Part shown: piece after piece, positions 37,700-57,637 of the stretch
Layout: the number at the start of each line of letters is the position of its first letter
Numbering within the stretch: the first letter of the stretch is position 1
NCBI GenBank assembly: GCA_964016885.1
Contig: OZ024742.1
Location: 333,498,001-333,562,000 of the forward strand
DNA: 64,000 nt
DNA from: Eledone cirrhosa
Taxonomy: Eukaryota
Direction of reading: 5' to 3'
The notes under the pieces: generated by a model
Told to the model about the DNA's origin: nothing
The model's database searches: none
What the model saw: only the letters and a program-made list of their open reading frames with translations
Made by a program: the position numbers and the translations under genes

Positions 37700-39660
37700 A
37701 TGGCTGACACAGAGTTACTCCTTTCTCACAAACTAACACCTCACACCGACACCACCATTGTAAATATTACTACGTTTGCCAACAATAAAAAATATAAGCA
37801 GTAGCAATATTTTAAATTTGTCTCAGGCAGACATTCATTTCCCGCCTTTACCAATGACTGCAGGTGCTAAAGCCGCCACCGCCACCACCACCACCGCGAC
37901 AACCCCCACCCCCACCACTACCGCGCCAACAGAAACAAAATAAAAAAATAAATTAACTCGTGATATCGAAATGAATTCAACCAAAATGAACTCTTCCACA
38001 CCGAACACCACTGACGCCACCACCACCACAACTGAAACTAAAATTAATAATAACAAAAATAACGATAACATCAACAGCAACAATGACATTAAGAAAACTA
38101 CTCTCAGTTTTGCCAGAGTAGCAAAAGAGTGCGAAGAATTTCAGGTAACTCAGGAGGAATTAGAAGAAGCCAAAAAAATGGTAAAGAAAGATGGGTACAG
38201 GGTCAGCCCCCCCCCCCCCCCCCACACACACCTAATAAGATGGAGAATCGGCGCCTATGCACCGTATCTTATCGAACAATTAATATGAAATAGCGCCGAT
38301 TGGAACGGGCATACGAGTGCCAAATCCAAAAAGCTTTGGGACATGTGTGGGCAAAAAACACCACATCAGACGTGGGCAGAAGTATGGAACCGTGGACGTG
38401 TTCTGTGAAACACCACAGGAGGCTAGAGAACACTCCATGGCCCCATTAAGAAGTGACGACTTCACACTCGTCCCAAGCTATTGTGGCCAGAGATTCGTAA
38501 AGATCAGGGTGACCCACATTCCACCGGTTATCGAAATTCCCTGGCTAATAGCTGCCGCCCTTGCCGGCATCGAAGCCAACACCAAGATAATCGAAATAGC
38601 GAAAGAAAAGCAGGAGAACTGGTCCGGATCTGGGATGGAGCTCCTGATACAAGCGGACCAAAAAAGCATTGAGGAGATCCCAGAGGTAATAGACCTCACT
38701 GACCGCAGCCACCTCACCGTAATTGTCGAGGGAAGAAGGCCTAGGTGTGTCGTTTGTGGTGAAGGAACCAACCTAAGGGATTACTGCCCTCAGGCTAAAA
38801 GGTTGAGACCACCTCTCCTACTCACACCAGTGACTCAAACATCAACACCACCAGCAGCAGAGATGGCAGCAACAACTGTAGCAGCAACAACAGAAGCAAC
38901 TGTAACAGCAACAACCCCAGCAACAGTAGCAAAACCAACACATCCACCACCCAACGTGCCAGAACTAGCACCAGCGCCTACACCATCCACCACGCCACAA
39001 CCAAAACTAACGCCTGTGGAGGATTTTCCACTCCCCGGCCTATCACAACTGGAGACAGATTGTGACGACGAGGAGTGGGAAACGGTATCAGGTAAAAAGA
39101 AAAAAAGAAACCAAAAAAGAAAAAATTCTCTTCCTTCCCTCTCCAAAAACAAAATACAGAGGGAAACAAATAAACTATCAAACAAAAAAGTTAGGACATA
39201 TATGGCACCATCCACACCAGCATCACCAACGCCATCACCCCAAACACCAACACCATCACCATCATTAACCCCAACACCACCATCACCTACACCACAAAGG
39301 TCACCAAAAAGCGAAACAGAAACAAGCACACAACAAACACAAACAAAACAAAACAACCAAAACGATACACACTACACAGCATTACATTTGAACAACAACA
39401 AATTATTACACTACATCCAACACAACACAAGCATCACAGAAAAAGACTACACAACAACCCAAAAGTTCACACCACCTCCACACACAAATAACTCGCATCA
39501 CACAGAAAAAGTACATGACAATAAAACAAAAATTCCCCAAAGACATCGGAGACTTCCGACAAGCACTCTCCAGGAGGACTTATAAGGACATCCTTCCTGA
39601 GGAGACCACAAGCAGTGAAAATATGGAGAAACCGTCCTTCCTCTACGAGAAGTAAGGTAA
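37700..39660 (+). pseudogene. Tx1 variant ORF1
   Basis: LSFARVAK..VTQEELEEAKKMVKKDGYR, RGQKYGTVDVFCETPQEA, LVPSYCGQ and EGRRPRCVVCGEGTNLRDYC are homologous to, but diverged from, the A-type ORF1. Confidence 0.85.
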
Positions 39661-39694
39661 GTGGACTTTCCCATCTTTTCCACTCCATTTCAAC

Positions 39695-42600
39695 ATGACC
39701 TCACTCAGAATAGGCAGCATAAATGCGCGTGGCTTGGGGTCGAAATAGAAGCAAGGCTACCTGCTCAACGACCTCAGATCACTAAACATAGATGTAGTGG
39801 CCATCAGCGAGACCAGAATCTCCGAAGCACGGGCCTTCGCACCGATCTTCGGCGGCTACGATGTCTACGCACATCCCAGCCGTCAGGTATCGGGGGGTAG
39901 GAGTTGCTGTGCTTTTTCGGAGAGGTTTGGATCTTGCCATACGGGCCATCTTCCTGGACCCAGAAGGTAAGTTGGAGATGCTGAACGTGACCGGCAGCGA
40001 AGACAATGCTTTCAGGCTAGTGGCCGTCTATGCCCCGACAGGAGCAGGGCGGCCTGATTTTTTCCGGGGTCTGGAGACCTTTCTTGGTACGTCCCGCTCT
40101 TTAGTGTTAGTGGGCGACTGGAACGGGATCTTAGATGCACGCTGGGTCTGTGTGGGATTAGCGGATAGGGGAGGAGGGTGCAAGAGTCTCACCAACATGC
40201 TTAGGCGTTTTGAATTGACAGGAACCGATTGGATTTCCCGAATGTGCCAATGTGGACTTTGACAAACCGCTTAGGGTCATCCAGATCATATCTAGATAGA
40301 GTATTTTGTAGGGAAATAGATATGTCTAGCATAGGCTGTTCACAATTCAAGATAGTCAGCTACATGGACCACAAATTCGTGATCTGTGTGCTTGACTTAG
40401 ATAGGCTTCATAGACGAGGACCCGGCAACAGGAAGCTAAACGCATCCTTACCAGCGCGCAAGGCCTACAGAGGCGAACTAGTTAAGCGGGCGTTGACGGG
40501 GGCCATCGTCAACAACAAGAGGTGGTTTGCTCTGTAAAGAACAATTAGAATAGAGTCCATTAGGTTTAGTAAGGCTTTAGCAATAGAGAAAAATAGAGCA
40601 GAGGGAGAATTGGTTTGAAAATTAGACGAGGCACTTAGCAAAGGCATCGCGACCGACGTACTTGCGGCGAAATTGGCCCTTGACCAATTCTTCAATGCAA
40701 AGCACGAAGGTTGCGTTGTCAGAGCTAGGGTGGGTGCTCTCAGACACGAGGGGACGAAAGCCGTTCAATGGGCCCGAGTGGCGGAGGTGCGTCGTGGCAA
40801 CAAAGCAACGATCAGGTCTTTGGTGGACCACGACGGGTGCATGCTACTCGATCCCGGGCAATGGGTGAAGCTTTTCAGCGACACTTCGCACAGCTGTTCG
40901 GAGACAGCAGCGGGCCGGATAGAGGGATGAACTTTAGTGTCTACCTCGACGGACTGCCGCGGCTCTCGGCCACTGAGGCGGAGTGTTGGTCTGCCCTATG
41001 AACTTTACGTACAGATGCCAGACTTGTTCGGAGCCCTCTTGGGAGACGTCTACTGCAACTGGCAACAGAACGGGAGAATTCCTAGCTCTGTCAGCTGAGG
41101 AGCTGTGGAGCTGCAGAGAAAAGATCCGAGCAAGGGGGATAACATAGATAATTTCAGGCCCATAACTCTGCTAAATACAGAGTTCAATATTTTGGCCAAG
41201 GTGCTAGCAAAGAGGTTGGCATTTGTCGTTGATGGTCTGGTGGGAGAGGCACAGACATGCGCCATTCCCGACAGATCAATCCAGGACCACCTCCACCTCA
41301 TGCGATACATCGTAGAGATGGTAGCTAGGGAACCTGGCACGGTTGGGTCTTTGGTTAATTTAGATCAGTCGAAAGCTTTCGATAGGGTCGACCATCGTTA
41401 GCTAGCAGCAGTACTGAGGGCGGCTGGATTTGGGCCCGTCTTCAGAGGCTGGATCGCTGCCATGCACAGCGACATCTGCTCTGTGGTGAGAGTGAACGGT
41501 CACCTTTCGGAACCGTTCAACATCATGCACTCGGTCCTCCAAGGATGTCCCCTCTCGTCCCTCTTTTACGTATTGACTCTCGAGCCATTACTGCACAAAC
41601 TGGAGACGTTGAGGGGCGTCCCGCGCGAACTAGGATGCGGAAGAGCCGTGTCAGCATATGCGGACGATGTCACCGTAGTGGTGTCGAACGCCAAATACAT
41701 CGAGGCGATCGGCACTACACTAAGAGAATACGAAGCGGTGACAGGAGCAATGATCAACCAGGAAAAGTCAGTGGGCCTGCAGCTCGGCACCTGGAGAGGC
41801 AGGTCCATGCCGTCCAACAGCGTCGTCGGGCGCTGGACGGACGGACCGGTTAAATTGCTAGGGGTCTGGTTCGGTCCGGACCTCCACAAGGACAAATACT
41901 GGGACGAGGTGACGAGCAGGGTGGCTTCTCTCACCTAGAAATGGGCGGAGAGGAAGCTATTCCTGAAAGGTCGAGCGGAGGTGGTTAACGCGTACATCGC
42001 GTCCGTATCTACTACCGCCTGACCGTCGTACCTTATCCTAAGCCCCACCTGGCTGCGCTGGAGCGTTTACTCTTTCGCTTTTTGTGGAAGGTACGCGCTC
42101 CGATAGTCAGGCGGTCCATCTGCTGTCAACACCCGCTACGTGGAGGGCTGGGCATGCCGTGGCTGATGATGCGTAGACAGGCGCTCAGGCTACGACATCT
42201 CCATCTCTTCCTCGACGGTGATCAGGTGTGGTCGCCGTTTGCTAGACACGTCTATCCCCAGCTCGTCTCCTTGACGGAGCTGCTGTCCTGGGTCAAGCGA
42301 AGACCGAGAGGGAGTGCTTGGAGACTGGAATGTCTTCAGGCGGTCACAGCCCTCGACCAATCGGGCAATGTGATCGGTGGAAACTCTACCTTGGCGTTCT
42401 ATAGGGGATTAGTGGAGGGTAAGAGCGACGACGTACTTGGAGAAACTTTAGGCGTCGGCGAAAATCAACTAGCCAATCTCTTTGGAAGGACTTTCGGGCC
42501 GGGGACTATGGACAACTTCCAGAAATCCCTGGCCTGGCAGTGCTACCGGGGTGCTTTGCCAGTTCGGGATAAACTCTACAGGCATGGAGGTGCCGTCAGC

Positions 42601-43023
42601 CGGGCATGTCCGAGATGCGCACAGGGCGACGAAACCGTCCTGCACGCACTCGTCCAGTGTCCGAGCATTGCTGACTTGTGGGTTTATGTCGAACACCTGC
42701 TATCACGTGTAGGACGGATCCAGCTATCAGCTGAGACCATCGTGAGGATTGCCCCGCCCTCCTCCTTTAGCCGGGAAGGGCAGGCAGTTTTTATCTGTCT
42801 GGTGGCCATGGCGAAAGAGATAGTATGGTGGACACGTTTTAAAGGGCTGAAGACGAGCACTTACCTCTTCGGTGATGCCCTGATTAACTTTTTCATATTT
42901 CATTTGAAAAGGAAAATCAGGGTAGAGAGGGAAGTGCTCTCTTCCCAGCATTTTGTTGAAAGATGGGTGAGAGAAGCAAGTATGGCCCGAATGAATGGGC
43001 CTTCTCTGAGTATGTATCTGTAA
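39695..43023 (+). pseudogene. Tx1 ORF2, disrupted
   Basis: Colinear with 11043-14461 but with many stops and small deletions; C-terminal CPRCAQGDETVLHALVQC is intact. Confidence 0.9.
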
Positions 43024-43264
43024 ATTAAAGGTGGAAAACTGGCAGAGGGCACTTGCCCTGGTGGTCAGGGTCACTGTGGTCTTTTAATGGGCTTTCTACA
43101 CAAATGTCCCTCAGAAGTCTCCCCCCTATTGGGGAATTTTTCTTTGTTATTTTATTACATCCTCTGTTTTTTACACGCAGAAATGCCCATTTGTACCGTC
43201 CTGTATGATACTGTACTGTCCTGAATGTCTACTTCATGTAAACCCTTGTGGTTAATAAAGAAAA

Positions 43265-49373
<6,109 letters not shown>

Positions 49374-49702
49374 TTTGCTGATGAATTACACACGAAAATA
49401 ATTTTGGCTTCATAAAGCTTTATTTTTTTTTACTTCTGGATAAAATTCGGGTCAACAATATCTAATCCATCCTGGCTATTGATTAATTGCAATGGCGATG
49501 GCACGAAAAAAAGGTTCTATATTAAAGCGTCATTCAGACGCGCCATATTGTTTCAGGTCTGCATCTGTAACAATGTAATAACGAAACAAATGCAAACAAA
49601 TATAGGTACGCATATTTATGTAGAAATATATATACTTGTATATTCGTACGCACACACACGTATAAATAATTAAATAAATAGATAAATAAATAAACACACA
49701 CA

Positions 49703-49737
<35 letters not shown>

Positions 49738-49753
49738 GCGCACACACACACGC

Positions 49754-49794
<41 letters not shown>

Positions 49795-51106
49795 CACATA
49801 TATATATATCCTTTTACAGGTATAGTTTTATATTCATGTATGTCCCTTTTTATATCATACATATATGTGTGTGAGTGTATACTTATATCAGAAATGTTCC
49901 GGGTTAATTTGCAAATGGGTAGCTCCTTTTCCAGAAATGATGCTAACTGCCAAAATATTTATTTTTAGTGTTTTTTTTTAGCTTTGTTTTAATCTTATCT
50001 ATGGGAACATTAAGTAGAATAATCGAGGTGGACGTGAACATGTATAGAAATAAATACAAAATTCCAGACAAATAAGAAGATTCAAACAAAATTAGTCCTA
50101 AGTAAAAAAAAAAATGAAAACAAACGATTACTGCTGCCGCTGTTCCCTTCGGAAAAATAGACAGCGTCTTTCCTGTCGATCACGGTTTGGTATAGACGTG
50201 TCCCCCTATTCCAGTGTCAGAAGAAAACAAATTTAGCTTCTCTTGCATGGGCTAGTCTTATATACATAATCCTTCCTCACACGCCTGAAATTAAGTTTGA
50301 TTAGAAGGAAGCTGATGATTCATATGACGCTAAATTTCTAATGTTCCTCTTAGTTTACTTTCTCCATCCTATTCCCATTACATTTATCCTTTTTCGCAAT
50401 TCTGCAAAACGTTCTGCGCCATCGATCTCATTCTCTCTTTTCTCTTCTCGTCTCTCTCTCTCTATATATATATACACATCTCATTTCTCATCTCATGTTT
50501 TAGAGACCATTTACTCCTTACTCTCCCACTCTCCGTTCATAATGAGGTTTTATCTTAACCCGGCCTTTTTACTCTATATTGAGATTTCAGCTGTTTGCAG
50601 TTACCCGTCGTGCTGAGAATATTATAAATTTATGAAAAAAAAAAGAATATATATATATATATATACCCATGGCTGGACTGTGCGTGTTTCTGACTCTGAA
50701 TGCCAAGCTTCAACATAAACAAATATAGTTTTATGAACTCTTATAACATTATCTTTCTATATTGTTTATATCTTTGTTAATGTTGTCTATATCTTTGTTA
50801 ATGTTTATAACGTAAAAACATATTGAAACATATGTTATTCAAAGTTTAAATCATAGTTTCTTGCTAGATTTCATTTGGTAATTGTATTTTCACTCAAATC
50901 CACATTACACATACTCTTCACAACTCATTGTCATCTAATCTATTTATTTATTTTACTTGGTTGCTTATTGATTGATTAAATGAATGATTGATTTAGTTGT
51001 TATTAATGTTCTTTTCACCAAATGAATTGATTTACTGATACATTTAATGCTAAACGTAAGGCTTTCTTCCCTTCTCTGTTGTATTCTCCCGTCAATAGGA
51101 TAGAGT

Positions 51107-51163
<57 letters not shown>

Positions 51164-52253
51164 AGAGAGAACGATAGTAAATAAAGAGGCAGAAAAAAAA
51201 AACGGAGAAAAAAAAGCAATCTATCCAGAGATAAAACCTCACAAATCTGGAAAGTATCTGTGTGCTGTGTATAAACGAGTGCACTGGAAATTTGAACAAC
51301 GCCTTGATGTGGAAAGAGTGAATGGCAAATACACTGTTTATGCAGAGAAAAAAAAAGGAAAACATAACGTCATCTTCACATGATTCAGTAACTATTATCT
51401 TCCTATGATTCTGATCACAGGGAGATATTTCATTGTTTCACTATATAAGTCATTCCGGAATAATTTAGCTAAAATATTTTGCATGACGTACATTCAATTT
51501 TGCAACAGAACAAATTCATTAGTAATTTGTTAACAGAATACATTGCAACACAGAAGATTTAATGTTATTCAAATATAATTATGACTACAGAATTTCAACT
51601 GGACGTCTTCCAGTGTTACTATAATACTGTTAACTCATTAGTGTGTTTATAATACCGATTATACCCTGTTATTACAGAAATATGTTAAATTAATTCTCCA
51701 ATTAACATCGTATAATTCTGACCTGAATAGATAATAACATTTGAGATGTTAGTTAGAAGAAACACTTTAATTCATATAATTCCAATATACCCTTCTGTGA
51801 ACTTGCCAGACATGGATTATATTAATACGTTAGTATGCAGAGAGCTTACTACAAGATGATTCTGCGCTTTCATACATACACAGCTCTTATATGAGAGCTA
51901 CTTCATGTGTAGAGGTAATCTTCATATATTTGGTTTGTGACACGATAAGAGCAGCCATATATTTTGATACGAAGCATGTTAATGACACTGTATATTTGAC
52001 TGGCAGTATGTAGCATGGTTTTCCTGAAGGCCATATGGGCCTATTCAGTCGCGAAGAGTTACAGATATTCACAGGAAACTTCCCTAACGTGACCTATAAC
52101 GGAATTGAAAATTATCATTCGAACAAAAATCTTATTCGGTCCCGAATATATTTGACTTAATATTATACCAAACATATAGTATGATCTTATAATCGATGGA
52201 TATTGCTGATGTCGGTGGTTCAGCCGGATCATACTCAATTTTATTTTGGGCAA

Positions 52254-52301
<48 letters not shown>

Positions 52302-52423
52302 CGAAATTTCGTATTTTTAAAGAAACAGTATGTTTACAGGTAAACGTTTAGTAAGCCGTAGTTATGCAAAGAACACCGGCGCTAACGCCCTCGGGTGGTG
52401 TCCACCAGAGGCAAGTGCCGTTA

Positions 52424-52451
<28 letters not shown>

Positions 52452-52461
<10 letters not shown>

Positions 52462-54580
52462 AAGAAATTAAATGATGGTTAAAAAAGTTCCATATATTTT
52501 ATTATGCGCATTTCGAAAACAACATCATCCTGGGACAACAATTGTGTTCTCATCAGATAAAATAAGGTAACATGATATGAGGCCTAAAAACACTTGTGAA
52601 CAAGAAAGTGTGCAGTCTACATATGACAAAAATATAAGAGAAGAGAAAAAATAGGAAAAATGAAGAAAAGGAAAGAAGGAAAAGGAAAATAAATAGAAGA
52701 GAGGAAAAATGAAAGAAAGAAGGAGGAGAGAGAAAGATAAAGAGAAAGAGAGAGAGAGTGAGCGAGAGACTTTTGATCTGGAACGCTGTCAAAAAATGAA
52801 CATAGCTGTAAATAACGGCTAAAAAAATAAATAAATAAATTGATGAGGTGCATGTGCTAATATTACAAATATTATAGGTCTAGAACAAAGGTTCTCAAAG
52901 GGGGACATATGCACCCCCGGGAGGCGTTTCGGAACTCCAGGGGTAGGGGCGTTTGGGAGCAAGGTCGCGTTAGGGGGCGTTTGGGGCTGGAGGAGGGAGG
53001 TTAGAGGGGGAGGGCGCTGGAAGGCTCTTTATTTTGGTAAGTTTTATAAGCCATATTTGTATGTCTTTGAGACAGCCAGTGTGAATGCATTTGCATCAGC
53101 TTGCAAACAAGACAGCATAACTATAGTCTGACCGCAGTGAGCAGTCTGTGAGCAGGTGTGCAGGCATGTCTGGTAATTGAGACGTTAACCGGTAATTGAG
53201 ATCCTAAAAATGGAAAAACCCACAGTCAACTGCGTCAAAGACACTTTGAGCGCAGCCAGTTAGAATCTTATCTTTCCTTCACTGATACAATGTATTTCAT
53301 GTCTGAAATTATTGACTCAACCGCAACGAGTTAACACTATGTAGATATATTTTATTCCCTATTGTATAAATAATATTACAAATAAAAAAGAAAAGAAAAA
53401 ACAGAAGCGGGTACCACATACAACACATAATCAGATAATATACACATCTTGGGAATATTGTTAATAATTTTTTTAGTAATCTACTGATATAAAATTCAGT
53501 AGGATATTGAAAAATGGAAAATAGGGGAGGGGACGTTTCGTGATTTCGAGGGACAAAACTGGGCGTTTGGTCTAAATGGGTTGAGAACCTGTGGTCTAGA
53601 ATATAGAAAATGGGTATATTATTTTATATTGAGTTTGAATACTAAAAATTGGATTAAGAAGTGTAAAAATGTATTAATAAAATAAAAATAAAAATAAAAT
53701 AATATTAAATTAGAAATAATTATAATAATTATAAAAAAAAGGTTTTTAAAATAAAATAAAATAAAATAAAATAAAATAAAATAAAATAAGATAGAATAAA
53801 AATGAAAATAACAATATTTTATATATGTCAAAATTAAAAATCACTATTAAAAATTTATATATGTGGGGTATACATTTTAATTATTATTTTATATCAACAA
53901 GTAAATAGTATACCCCTCATATATAAATTTTTAATAGTATTTTTTTAATTATGACATAGATAGACTATTCTTATTTTTATTTTTTATACTATTCTATCTT
54001 ATTTTATTTTATTTTATTTTATTTTATTTTATTTTATTTTAAAAATCTTTTTTTTATAATTATTACAATTATTTCTAATTTAATTTAATTCAATTTTATT
54101 TTATTTTCATTTTATTAATGCCTTTTTACACTTCTTAATCCAATTTTTAGTATTCAAACTCAATATAAAATAATATACCCAGTTTCTATATTCTAGACCT
54201 ATAATATTTGTAATATTAGCACATACACCTCATCAAATTATTTATTTTTTTAGCCGTTTTCATTTTTTGACCACGTTCCCAATCAGAAGTCCTTCTCTCT
54301 CTCTCTCTTTCTCTCTCCCCTTCTTTCTTTCTTTTTTACTTTCTTCTATTTCTTTTTCTTGTTACCTTCTTCTCCTCTTTTCTTCATTTTTCCTATTTGT
54401 TCTCTTCTCTTATATAAGGGCACTTTCTTGTTCACAAGTGTTTTTAGGCCTCATATCATGTTACCTTATTTTATCTGATGAGACCATAATTTTTGTCCCA
54501 GGATGATGTTGTTTGCAAAATGCTCATAATAAAATATAGGGAATTTTTTAACCATTTTAAAATTTCTTGTTTATATATAC
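52452..54580. mobile_element. Long foldback/palindromic element (~0.7 kb arms, ~35 bp spacer near 53874-53907)
   Basis: 52457-52885 plus 53594-53873 is the reverse complement of 53908-54579, for example CATGATATGAGGCCTAAAAACACTTGTGAACAAGAAAGTG versus its complement at 54421-54460. Both ends abut TA repeats. Confidence 0.85.
52886..53593. mobile_element. Non-autonomous hAT-Charlie-type DNA transposon (MITE), 708 bp
   Basis: TIRs CAAAGGTTCTCAA / TTGAGAACCTGTG; perfect 8-bp TSD GTCTAGAA (52878-52885 and 53594-53601) fits the Charlie NTCTAGAN target; subterminal GGGCGTTT repeats. Confidence 0.92.
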
Positions 54581-55340
54581 TCCAGTTCTACCAACTGTTG
54601 AGTGCTACTTATCTGATATATGCATAGTTTTATTGTTCTACAATATTACTAACCTCCTACGTATATATATATATATATATAAATATATTATCAGAAAAAC
54701 AACAAAATCAACAAGTACGAATATGGCACAAATTGCGAATATTAGATTAACGCCCAGGAAAATTAGAGAGAGAGAGAGAGAACCGGACAATGGATATGTT
54801 GTATACCAGGTAAATGTGTAATACAAAGAAGACGTCAGAACGTTTCATTGTTAAATGAAACGTCTAACCGCTAGAGCTACAATCATTTAATTCTAACTGT
54901 ATTTCAACGTGGTTACCTGTATAAGAGCAACCACTTAACAACAACCGGACAGAATAATCCAATATGCGTGTGTATCTATGTGAAATCATTTGAAGTTATA
55001 CTATTCTGGTTGAATAAATATGCCGTTACAACACTGGCTTCCAAATATTAGTATTGTGGCTTCCGACGTATTGTTAATAATTACACACTCCCATTCACCT
55101 CAACAATAACTCAAAACTAACATCATTCTCAAACAGTCGCACTCATTATCACCAGAAACTTGTCTGTTCTATGCGTCTCTAACATCATATTTATAGTCGT
55201 ACAATAGCTCAATATCGACCCCTCAGCCAATTCGTACCAAAAAAATCAATGTTTTTGATTTCGAACAATTATCATGGCATATAAATGCACTAATGTAAAC
55301 CTTTCTCCTCCTCCTAAAACCACTACTTCGGTTGCTGCAG

Positions 55341-55342
55341 CA

Positions 55343-55413
<71 letters not shown>

Positions 55414-55453
55414 TAGTAGTAGTAGTAGTAGTAGTAACACCACCATCTCCAAC

Positions 55454-55525
<72 letters not shown>
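55341..55525. repeat. (ACT)n/(AGT)n compound microsatellite
   Basis: Directly visible in the sequence. Confidence 0.9.
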
Positions 55526-55526
<1 letters not shown>

Positions 55527-55592
55527 CAACAACCATGTAGGGTTGACTCAGGTACCCCACCAATCCTGAACTACCCACGCTCCGTGGGCACA

Positions 55593-56215
55593 CAGTATGT
55601 TTACGAATAAACACTTCAAAGCATTTTAGCTATGAATTTTGGAAGCTGACGTCTAGTGCCATCCAGCAGAGACAGTAGAAGATAACTATCGACGATCTTT
55701 CTGGCAACTGGTCGTTATCAATGTAGTGCTTCGCCTATCCTGCTCTCTGCTGGATATATTTAACACTTATGTACATGGGCTGATTATCCTCATTTACATA
55801 TAGAGCTATCAGGCCGTCTCATCTAGAAAATGGAATTAATGATTTCGCTCCGACATACATGTCGGAATGTGAATTTTGTATATCTAATGATACACATTAT
55901 GATTACGAATACATATTTCAAAGACTTTTAACGATGAAGTTTGGAAGCTGACGGCTAACAACATCTAGCAGATTCCATCAGAGGCTTTCACATGTTTATT
56001 TGTAAACACACCGTATATCATTTGATAGGCAAAATTCACATACTTCTATGTATACAGGTATGTTGGAGCGAAAACTTTAGTTCTATTTTGAAACATTCGT
56101 CGATAGTTATCCTCTCATGCCTCTGCTGAAATCCGCTATATGGTATTAGCCGCCAGCTTCCACTTCCTAACTTCATAGAGAAAAGGATTTTAAATGTCTA
56201 TTCGTAATCATACTG
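55593..56215. mobile_element. Decayed MITE-like element with ~100 bp imperfect terminal inverted repeats
   Basis: CAGTATGTTTACGAATA...GGAAGCTGACG...GATAACTATCGACGA is inverted against TCGTCGATAGTTATC...CAGCTTCC...TATTCGTAATCATACTG. A third copy of the arm lies at ~55895-55985. Confidence 0.6.
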
Positions 56216-56873
56216 TAATAATTAACACAGATAGACACATACACACACATGCACACACACACACACCCATATATATGTATATATACTTTTAAATGTATAT
56301 ATATATGGCGTAGACATATAATACAACAGGAGGAAACATAATAGTACCACTGATGATGTTGCAGATGTGAAACGAAAGAAGTTTAATAGTCTATATATAT
56401 ATATATTTATATCTATAATTATAACCGTTGGTCACTCAATGATAAACGTTGATTGCAAATAAATTAAATATGGATATATAAAATATACAGAAGCGAAAGC
56501 CAACCAAACAAAATGAATGTGTTCTGTTATTATTTCTGGCAATATTATTACAACAATATCACCTTCCCAAGTATAAACATATATATATATATATATATAT
56601 GAAATATATATGATCAATTAAAAAGTTGGTAATACTGTAAATATATATATATCTGATCAAGGAAAGAGTTGTTAATACTCTAAATATAGCCCTTTTCTAC
56701 AGCCGACCATGTTATTCTTCACTCTTTCACTTTATATATATATATATATATATATGGAAAAGAATGAAACGAAATTTCATTTCTCACTCTTAGTACGGCT
56801 GATACCTAAATATAAATATCTATACGTACATGCATATATGTGTACATACGCACAGTAGTATGTATATACATAC

Positions 56874-56911
<38 letters not shown>

Positions 56912-57573
56912 TTTAGTACAGCATTGACGAAGCTTTAGAATACGCCCAAGCTAGCGTATATGCATAATCGGTCTGTAGCTTGAGCTCTCAGATGAGGAAA
57001 GACCCAAGAGTAATAACATTACGTTCAGACAGCTTAGCAAATGAGATATAGCGGTCAGCAGTCCAGCCGCATCACTAGAGCAACGAAAATACAGGACCCA
57101 GGAAAAGATTTTATACTGACCAGGACATAGCGGTGAGGCTGAGTGCAAAATATATAACTTACATCGTATATCAACAATATAGATCACACATAGCATCCAA
57201 CATCAGCGCTAGGTTTCTGCAAATCCAAGATCGACAAATTCCTATTGCAGGAGTCTGCAATATAATGGTTTTTGACGACAGAACATAGGATTTACTTCTT
57301 CAGTAAGTCTTTCGTTCTTAGCCTGAGCGGGTGTGTTGTAGCTTTAAATGTCGCCACACACACGTGGTTTACTCCAAGGGAGGTAACCCCCGCCTAGGCG
57401 GTGAATTCTAATTTCAGATAAAGGAACGAATCCCTTTAGACAAACTGAATAAAGCACTCAACCAGAAGTTATCAAACAAACTTAAACAATTAATCAATCA
57501 AGAGAATCATCTAACTACATTAATCAGTTAATCGTTAATTCTAGGAGTAAATATAAATTTTAGTACAGCATTG

Positions 57574-57637
<64 letters not shown>

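Larger units (their letters stand above)
37479..43265 (+). mobile_element. Tx1-like retrotransposon variant B (different 5'UTR/ORF1, same ORF2 family), degenerate
   Basis: Starts after (ATT)n with a unique 5'UTR; near identity with the A copies begins at ~39625; ends AATAAAGAAAAC followed by (ATT)n. Confidence 0.92.

Noticed and set aside
56345-56395. Hammerhead-like CTGATGA...GAAA core
   Set aside because: No convincing stems I and III flank the core; at best a decayed remnant.
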